The position numbers were made by a program, and so were the translations under genes. Shown here piece by piece: positions 1 to 6,653 of a stretch of DNA of 64,000 nucleotides. How positions within the stretch are numbered: position 1 is the stretch's first letter; each line of letters opens with the position of its first letter. A model generated the notes under the pieces. The model had not been told where the DNA came from and did no database searches. It was given only the letters and a program-made list of their open reading frames with translations. The stretch is from a virus (taxonomy: Duplodnaviria; Caudoviricetes), in IMG/VR virus record IMGVR_UViG_3300010365_001171, positions 21,118 through 85,117 of that record, one strand, 5' to 3'.

Positions 1-2
1 AT

Positions 3-1247
3 TTTGGAGCTATTGCTTCTAAAAACAATACACTAGCTATAAAAACAAAGTTAAAAAATAAAATTTGTAATGATATCTTTTTTATAAATAGTGCTGCTGC
101 TATTAAAAATGGGTTTATAGAATCTTTTTTAGATGGTATTTTTTATGAGAAAAATGAAATTTATGATTTAAGCTCTATTAAAAAAATTAATAATGTAAAA
201 CATTTTAATTTTAAAGATAAATACAATGTATCAGATTATAAAAAAGATTATTTAAAACAAATCGAAGAAGCGAGTAACGATGTAAAGTTTAAAAATAACT
301 TTGATCTTTTAAAATTTTATCGTAAATATCTCAAAGATTTTTCTTTTGGCGTAGAATTAGAATTTTCAAATGGCTATATTAGACCTGAAGATTGTTTTTT
401 AAATAATTTTGTAGGATTACGAGACGGCTCAGTGGCTGAAACAGGATCAGAGTTAGCATCTTTACCGATTTTTGATTACAGAGGTATTCATAAAGTTAAA
501 AATATGATGGAAATCCTTGAAACTCGTACTAGTGTAGATCATACTTGTTCTACACATATCCATGTAGGCAATTTACGTACAGATAACCTATTTATTTCTA
601 ATATTTATAAAGTATTACTTAGTTTACAAAATGAGCTTTACCAAGCATTTCCTCAAACACGTAATCAAGAAGTGAACGGAAAAAGGTATTGTGCACCATT
701 ACCAAAACTAGATCTTACTTTAAACAGAGGAAATTTAAAATCTGGGTTGACTAAAAATGTTGAAAAAATATTTGCGAGTTCAAATGGTGGAAGAGGCTAT
801 GAAAAAGCCCACTCTTCTTTAGAATTAAGACAAGTTGAAAACGGGTTGTTTAAAAAAGTTTTACGAGAAACATATTACTGTAAAAAATCAAACATTTCTG
901 TTTATGATGGCATTCCTAAGTATAATATTCCAGCAAGGTACTTTATAGTTAATTTTTTTAATTTTCTACTTAAGCCTGTAAAAACAATGGAATTTAGAAT
1001 AATGGAAGGAACTTCTAGTTTTAACGCCTTTATTAATTGGGTATCATTAATTGTTGCAATAATTAAATACGCCGAAAAATTACACCCAATGAAAAACATT
1101 GATGGGTTAACTTTAAAAACAGTAATTTCTGATTATTTTGAAACAAAAGAAGCCTCAAAATTAATCACTTATTGGGAGAAAAGAAAAGAAATTTTTAAAG
1201 TAGACATTAAAAACAGTAAATTACTAAACGATTTTAAAATATATTAA
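3..1247 (+). CDS. Putative amidoligase (glutamine synthetase/COOH-NH2 ligase-like fold), 5' partial
   Basis: The frame of ORF 432..1247 is open back to position 3. The upstream part encodes FSFGVELEFSNG and LRDGSV, followed by CSTHIHVG and KTMEFR, the motif order typical of amidoligase enzymes. The GTG at 432 is therefore not the true start. Confidence 0.8.
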   Translation, partial: FGAIASKNNTLAIKTKLKNKICNDIFFINSAAAIKNGFIESFLDGIFYEKNEIYDLSSIKKINNVKHFNFKDKYNVSDYKKDYLKQIEEASNDVKFKNNFDLLKFYRKYLKDFSFGVELEFSNGYIRPEDCFLNNFVGLRDGSVAETGSELASLPIFDYRGIHKVKNMMEILETRTSVDHTCSTHIHVGNLRTDNLFISNIYKVLLSLQNELYQAFPQTRNQEVNGKRYCAPLPKLDLTLNRGNLKSGLTKNVEKIFASSNGGRGYEKAHSSLELRQVENGLFKKVLRETYYCKKSNISVYDGIPKYNIPARYFIVNFFNFLLKPVKTMEFRIMEGTSSFNAFINWVSLIVAIIKYAEKLHPMKNIDGLTLKTVISDYFETKEASKLITYWEKRKEIFKVDIKNSKLLNDFKIY

Positions 1248-1249
1248 AA

Positions 1250-2953
1250 ATGCAAAAAGAAAAATTATTTAATTTTTTTATATCTGCCAATCAAATTGAA
1301 GAGTTTGAATGGTTGAATAAAATCGGCGGTAAAAGAGTAAATACGCTTGAAGAGGCACAAGTAATACTTTTTAATGGAGGAACAGATATAAACCCTATTA
1401 TGTACGGGGAAAAACGTGGGAGATATACAAATATTTCTGATTTAAAAAGAGATAAAGAAGAAGTGGAAGATTACTTCAAAGCACAAAAACTAGGTTTAAT
1501 TTGTGTAGGTGTATGCCGTGGGTTAAATGTGGCCCACGTTAAACAGGGTGAATTCAGGGAACGCTGAAACGCCAATCCTGAGCTAAGCATTAAAAGAAAT
1601 TTTAATGAAAGTGCAACGACTAGCAGTCGAGACTAAGTTTTCAGTGTTATATCTGGAAATACGTCAGTAATACTGCCAAGAGCGCCCTGAATTTTATAAT
1701 GTTCAATTATTTTATTAATATTTTTAGAAAAATTTTGCAGTTGTAAAAAATCTGCTGCATTTTTCATAGAATTTGCTAGACGAGAAATTATCCATATATT
1801 TCCTTTAATATACCCTTTAGAGTTGTCTATCCTGTCTACAGTGGCCCTATTAAATTTATTTGAATTACCTTTTGAAGTGTAATCCAATTTGATATTTAAT
1901 AAAGGGCATACCTCAGGTAATTCAATGTCAGAGTAATGTAAATTAAAATCATCATTTATATTATTTTTATTTCTTTTAGATGAATATTTTATATTTCTTA
2001 TAATATAACCTCTTATTCTATCTAAATCACTTAAATATATATTTTGAAATAATTTATGAGGTAAATTATAAAAATTACGTAATTCACATACTCTTTGGGT
2101 ATTAATTTTTTTTCTTATAAACAAAGGATGTTTTTGTAACTTTAAAATTATATCAGGAATTTTTTGATTATTTAAATATAAATCAGTAAAAAAATTTTTA
2201 AATTCCTTATGTTCTAAAAGTTTCCTTATAACTAACGCACATGGTAAATTGCTTTGTTCTCTTATTCTTCTTACAAAATCTATATTCTTGTGGAGTTTAA
2301 GTGCAATTTCTTTATTAGTTAGTCCTTGTTTAATTAAATTTAAAATTAATAATTTCTCGTTCATTGTAATATGATTATTATGTTATATATTACAATATAA
2401 TAAAAATAATTTGAAATAACAAATATAAAATTATGATATAGTCTGACCTTATACAAAAAAAAGTATAAGAAGTAGAGGATAAAGAGCCTTTACGATAACA
2501 TTAGCACAACTTCTCACTGTTTTAAACGGTGGAAAATTAATACAACATGTTGAAAAACATAATGCTCCCCATAATTATATAGATATTTATGGCACGGATA
2601 TTCTAATACCATCTTCTCACCATCAAATGATGTTGCCAAAAGAAGATGAAAACTGTATAATAATTGGGATAGCTCCATCTAATTTTACAGGCCGTTATTT
2701 AAATGGGGATAATAAAGAAATAACATTCACAAAAAATTTTATGGAAATTGAGACTTGTTATTTTAAAAAAACAAATTCTCTCTGTATTCAAACACATCCT
2801 GATTGGTATATTGACATAGGTATTAAAATATTTGGAGGTTATTTACTTAAACTATTAAATAAAGAAGTTATCTCACCTCAGGATACTTTACAAAGAAATT
2901 ACAGAATAACAAGAAGAATTCCTATTGAACGAATACAATTAAAAAAAAACTAA
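1250..2953 (+). CDS. Class I glutamine amidotransferase / peptidase C26 family protein, intron-split (exons 1250-1523 and 2505-2953, 240 aa spliced)
   Basis: Joining the exons gives ILFNGGTDINP..YGE, then GVCRG-S-QLLTVLNGGKLIQHV, SSHHQM and QTHPDW. The spliced length is 723 nt and in frame. Confidence 0.85.
1633..2364 (-). CDS. Intron-encoded His-Me finger (HNH-like) homing endonuclease with N-terminal HTH
   Basis: C-terminal LPEVCPLL...ATVDRIDNSKGYIKGNIWIISRLANSMKN motif; N-terminal LIKQGLTNKEIALKL HTH-like segment; lies inside the intron on the opposite strand. Confidence 0.8.
   Translation of the reverse strand: MNEKLLILNLIKQGLTNKEIALKLHKNIDFVRRIREQSNLPCALVIRKLLEHKEFKNFFTDLYLNNQKIPDIILKLQKHPLFIRKKINTQRVCELRNFYNLPHKLFQNIYLSDLDRIRGYIIRNIKYSSKRNKNNINDDFNLHYSDIELPEVCPLLNIKLDYTSKGNSNKFNRATVDRIDNSKGYIKGNIWIISRLANSMKNAADFLQLQNFSKNINKIIEHYKIQGALGSITDVFPDITLKT
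2392..2423 (-). promoter_or_regulatory. Putative promoter for the antisense endonuclease (TTTG-N20-TATATTGT)
   Basis: Minus strand reads TTTG, 20 nt, TATATTGT, ending 27 nt before the ATG at 2364. Same geometry as four other sites in the window. Confidence 0.55.
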
Positions 2954-2954
2954 A

Positions 2955-3650
2955 ATGAATAAAAAAATAATAGGCATACCGGGCTGGATCTTAGGAACAA
3001 GTGGTTTTGGTGTAAAAACACCATATATAGAGTATGTCTCAAGATTTGGAATACCTTTAATTTTAACACCTCAAATGAATGAGGTTATGCCAATAGATCT
3101 CTTATTTTTACCTGGGGGTGCAGATGTAGATCCACATAGATATGGAGAAACTCCTAGTTATCTTACTGGCAATCCAAATTTAATGCTAGAGTTTTTTGAC
3201 AAAACCATGCTACAAAGATATATTGATGAAGATATTCCAATAATTGCGTGTTGTCGTGGATTACAAACCGTAGTAGCGTTGTATGGTGGTAAATTAACAC
3301 AAGACTTACCTTTTCATTCTCAGTCTGCTCATAATACTCATATAGCACATACTCTTGCATTTACAGAGGGTTATGAGTATTTGGAAAAACAAAGCCGTCA
3401 TACAAATTCTAGGCATCATCAATGTGCTGATCCAAATAATTTGCCACAAGAATTAGAAATTATTGCGTTTGCGGAAGAATTACAAGGTAAACAAGCTATC
3501 ACTGACTACAGTGTACCAGAAGTAATAATTCACAGAGAAAAGAATATATTTCTTTATCAAGGACATCTAGAAGACTTACCGGGAGAAAATTTAGGAGATT
3601 TTGTATTTGATTTATACTTGAATGGTGGTAAAATTAAAAAACAACCTTAA
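2955..3650 (+). CDS. Peptidase C26 / gamma-glutamyl hydrolase-like class I glutamine amidotransferase
   Basis: LFLPGGADVDPHRYGE, IACCRGLQ nucleophile elbow, NSRHHQ, and YQGHLE His-x-Glu. Confidence 0.88.
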   Translation: MNKKIIGIPGWILGTSGFGVKTPYIEYVSRFGIPLILTPQMNEVMPIDLLFLPGGADVDPHRYGETPSYLTGNPNLMLEFFDKTMLQRYIDEDIPIIACCRGLQTVVALYGGKLTQDLPFHSQSAHNTHIAHTLAFTEGYEYLEKQSRHTNSRHHQCADPNNLPQELEIIAFAEELQGKQAITDYSVPEVIIHREKNIFLYQGHLEDLPGENLGDFVFDLYLNGGKIKKQP

Positions 3651-4467
3651 TTTAAAGGACTTTAAATTAGGTTTTGACCCAGAGTTTTTATTATTAGATA
3701 CAAATCTAAACAGACATGTATCTGGATTAACTTATAACTTTGGGGATAAGAGTAATGGACGAGAAATTTGTCCAGACTGTACGGTTGAAAATGACATGGT
3801 AACACTAGAAATAGTGTTACCACCAGTCAATATCGAAGATGGCTTAGACAAATGTTGGGAAAACTTTTCCACCGTAAAAGATTTACTACAAAAAGAATTA
3901 CCTGAAAATATCGTAATTGATTGTTGTAGTTATGCCGAATTTACCAAAGAAGAATTAGCCACGGAGAAAGCAAGTACAGGAGGATGTTCGATAGATTTTA
4001 ATGCATGGAATAATGGAGAACCAAATAAATCTCCAAAGTTTAAAACTCCTTACAGATCATCAGGGGCCCATATACATTTTGGAATGCCTACTCTTACCTA
4101 TAAGCAAATGGTTCAAATAGTAAAGTTAACAGATCTTTTTATTACGTTACCTTTAATTTTTAATCAAAGTAATATAGAGAGAAGAAAACTTTATGGGGCA
4201 GCTGGGGCCTTTAGATGTGTAGAAGGACGAGTTGAAGCAAGATCTCCTTCTAACTGTTACTGGTCTTCAAAAGAGGGGCTAGAATGGGTGTTTAATCAAG
4301 CTAAAATTATTCTTGGTTTAGTTGACACTGAAATCATGGAAACCGTTGAGTACTACAAAGAAAAAATTATTGAGGCAATAAACTTTGATAATTTAGAGTT
4401 AGCGACAGAGTTAATGGAAATATTTAATATTAAATACGCCCCATTACCTGTTTTAGAAACAACATAA
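3622..4467 (+). CDS. phiEco32-like COOH-NH2 ligase type 2
   Basis: LGFDPEFLL start, GCSIDFNAW, RSSGAHIHFG, RRKLYGAAGAFR and VEARSPSN motifs; amidoligase/GATase neighbourhood. Confidence 0.85.
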   Translation: MVVKLKNNLNLKDFKLGFDPEFLLLDTNLNRHVSGLTYNFGDKSNGREICPDCTVENDMVTLEIVLPPVNIEDGLDKCWENFSTVKDLLQKELPENIVIDCCSYAEFTKEELATEKASTGGCSIDFNAWNNGEPNKSPKFKTPYRSSGAHIHFGMPTLTYKQMVQIVKLTDLFITLPLIFNQSNIERRKLYGAAGAFRCVEGRVEARSPSNCYWSSKEGLEWVFNQAKIILGLVDTEIMETVEYYKEKIIEAINFDNLELATELMEIFNIKYAPLPVLETT

Positions 4468-4521
4468 AATAAACAGAGTTTATAATTTAATGTAAACTCT
4501 GTTTATTTTCTTTTATTTTTT
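4466..4521 (+). terminator. Intrinsic terminator after the ligase cluster
   Basis: 17-bp perfect inverted repeat AAAATAAACAGAGTTTA (4466-4482) / TAAACTCTGTTTATTTT (4493-4509), 10-nt loop, followed by a T-rich run. Confidence 0.7.
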
Positions 4522-4531
4522 ATAAAAAAAG

Positions 4532-4563
4532 TTTGTTTTTGATCTAATTAATACGTATATTAT
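4532..4563 (+). promoter_or_regulatory. Putative promoter TTTG-N20-TATATTAT, possibly leaderless
   Basis: TTTG 4532-4535, TATATTAT 4556-4563, then AGT and the ATG at 4567; directly downstream of a terminator. Confidence 0.6.
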
Positions 4564-4566
4564 AGT

Positions 4567-4953
4567 ATGGATTTTATCAAAATAAATGGCAATGTGCCCT
4601 CATCAAAAAATAGCAGAATTTTTAATTATAAATTAAAAAAATCTTTCCATTCTAAAACTACTCAAAAATTTGTAAAAAGTTCTGAGAGCGAATTCATAGA
4701 ACAAAAAGAAAAGTTTTTATCCTTAATAAAAAATAAAAGTAAACCTTTTAAAATAGGGCTACATTTTATTAGGGATTCAAAAAGAAAATGGGACTTTATA
4801 AATATGTGTCAAATTATTTTTGACTTAATGGTAAAAAATAATTGGATAGATGATGATAATACCAATGAAATAGTTCCATTTCCTGTAGAAATTGACAACG
4901 AATACTATACAGTAGATAAAAATTTAGCGGGGGTTTTAATAACTATATTATGA
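4567..4953 (+). CDS. RusA-like Holliday junction resolvase / endonuclease
   Basis: GNVPSSKNSR N-terminus and RKWDFINMCQIIFDLMVKNNWIDDDN, matching the RusA-type D-x-x-N...D...DD pattern. Confidence 0.7.
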   Translation: MDFIKINGNVPSSKNSRIFNYKLKKSFHSKTTQKFVKSSESEFIEQKEKFLSLIKNKSKPFKIGLHFIRDSKRKWDFINMCQIIFDLMVKNNWIDDDNTNEIVPFPVEIDNEYYTVDKNLAGVLITIL

Positions 4954-5681
4954 AAAATTTAGATAGAACTTTATATTACGAAGTTTCTGGTATTTATAAA
5001 ATTCAATCCCAGATTGATTCTAGATGTTATATAGGCTCAAGTAAAAATTTATATAAAAGAATAAACTCTCATATTAATGAATTAATTAATAAAAAACATC
5101 CTAATAGTAAATTACAAAATTTTATTAATAAGTATGGTATAGAGTGTTTAAATGTAGAAGTATTAATTTCAAACGTAGAATTATCTGATATTTATAAATT
5201 AGAAACTATTAAAATAAAAGAATATAAAGCTTTTGAAGAGGGATTTAATTTACAAGAAGAGGCAATACCTATTAAAGGGCGGCCATTAACAAGCGAACAC
5301 AAAGAAAAAATAAAAGCTACGCACATTAAAAATAAAGATAAAAATTTACCTATATATTTAAAAAATTTAAATTTAGCTAGAAAACAAGTTAAGTTAAATA
5401 ATGAAATTTTAAAACTAGTAGGTAAAAAAAGACAGGCCCCAAACAAAGGTATAAAGGCTTCAGACGAAACTAGATTTAAACAAAGAATGGTAAAATTAGG
5501 AAAACCGTCTTTAAAAAAAATCAAAGTAAATTGTTTATATAAAGATGGCACTTTTTACAAAACATATGACTCTATACAAGAGGCTGCAAATGCTTCTGGA
5601 GCAAACGTGCCTAATATATGTGCGGTATGTAAAAATAAAAGAAAATCAACAGCTGGCTTTTTATGGGCATACTGTGTATAA
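4950..5681 (+). CDS. Free-standing GIY-YIG homing endonuclease with NUMOD3/NUMOD1-like DNA-binding repeats
   Basis: SGIYKI...CYIGSS..L.KR...H; LTSEHKEKI and SDETRFKQR repeats; C-terminal YDSIQEAA...NICAVCKNKRKSTAGFLW. Confidence 0.88.
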   Translation: MKNLDRTLYYEVSGIYKIQSQIDSRCYIGSSKNLYKRINSHINELINKKHPNSKLQNFINKYGIECLNVEVLISNVELSDIYKLETIKIKEYKAFEEGFNLQEEAIPIKGRPLTSEHKEKIKATHIKNKDKNLPIYLKNLNLARKQVKLNNEILKLVGKKRQAPNKGIKASDETRFKQRMVKLGKPSLKKIKVNCLYKDGTFYKTYDSIQEAANASGANVPNICAVCKNKRKSTAGFLWAYCV

Positions 5682-5783
5682 AAGATAAAAGTAAAGATCG
5701 TGGTTATGGCGTGATATGCGAAGGGAAATAAATGAGATTTTATAGAGAGTATGTAATACACTATAAATAATCTACATTAATTA

Positions 5784-6329
5784 ATGGATTTTTTAAAATT
5801 ATATAGAACACCAATAAAACAAGTAAAACATTTTATACTGCCGTTATATAATATTCCTTATATTGAGGATAAAAATAAAGGTCTTGAGGCCTATTTTTAC
5901 GAAGATTCAGATTCTGAATATAAAGATACAATAGCGTTAGTAATAAAAAAAGACCAAGAAGATTATTATAAAGACTTTATTAATAATAACGTTTTAAAAA
6001 ACTCTTCTTTAGTAAATTATACTTGTAATGAAGGAGTAGACATTTACGTCTTTAGTGATGACTCATTAAAAGAGGACATCGAAAAAATTAAAGGCGGTAA
6101 AATTTCACAATTAAGTGCACAATCTAAAAAGAAAATAAAAGATTGGCATTTTAAAAGACTTAATAAAGATTCGGTTATTTTAAACTACTTTTTTAATCCA
6201 AAGACAGAGGATTTTAAGCTTTGCGCAAAGCAGCTGGGAGAATCTGAAGAAGATGTATCAAAAAGTGGGGAATTATGTCCTAAAATAAATTTAGCAAATG
6301 AGACTTTTAGAATTCCTAATTTTTTATAA
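5784..6329 (+). CDS. Hypothetical protein
   Basis: 181-aa ORF, ATG start, packed in the operon with the following genes. Confidence 0.7.
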   Translation: MDFLKLYRTPIKQVKHFILPLYNIPYIEDKNKGLEAYFYEDSDSEYKDTIALVIKKDQEDYYKDFINNNVLKNSSLVNYTCNEGVDIYVFSDDSLKEDIEKIKGGKISQLSAQSKKKIKDWHFKRLNKDSVILNYFFNPKTEDFKLCAKQLGESEEDVSKSGELCPKINLANETFRIPNFL

Positions 6330-6653
6330 ATGAAAACACTATTTAAATACGCAACTTACCTAAGAGATGAAAAAGGTGAAGTTATTGAAGATTCTTGGGC
6401 ATTAATTTCTGTAACCCCATCTAATGTATTAGAAGCTTATTTTGATAAGACAGAAAATATTTTAGTTGTTGTTATGGATTCGTCTAAAGAATATAAACAA
6501 TTCTTACCTTTAGTAACTAAAGCAGGTTACAAAAGAAACTCTAAAGGAGCGGTAATTGAACAACTTCAAGAAGTTCAAAGATACTTTCAAATTGAAATGA
6601 GAAAAGAAGACGAGATCGCTTTATTTTTAGATACTTTCTGTATTAATCCATAA
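6330..6653 (+). CDS. Hypothetical protein
   Basis: 107-aa ORF abutting the previous stop and overlapping the polA start (TAATG). Confidence 0.7.
   Translation: MKTLFKYATYLRDEKGEVIEDSWALISVTPSNVLEAYFDKTENILVVVMDSSKEYKQFLPLVTKAGYKRNSKGAVIEQLQEVQRYFQIEMRKEDEIALFLDTFCINP

Larger units (their letters stand above)
1524..2504 (+). mobile_element. Group I self-splicing intron (IA-like) with antisense endonuclease ORF in the P8 loop
   Basis: 5' exon ends in U (1523) and the intron ends in G (2504). P1 is CGUGGGU/GCCCACG with a U-G pair at the splice site. P3 is CAGGGU 1544-1549 / GCCCUG 1684-1689, P7 is GACUA 1618-1622 / UAGUC 2439-2443, and P8 is AAUUUUAU 1690-1697 / AUAAAAUU 2425-2432. Removal restores the reading frame. 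Confidence 0.92.

Noticed and set aside
1250-1567. ORF 1250..1567 and ORF 2627..2953 as separate genes or a pseudogene
   Set aside because: They are exons of one gene; removing 1524-2504 restores an in-frame C26 protein.
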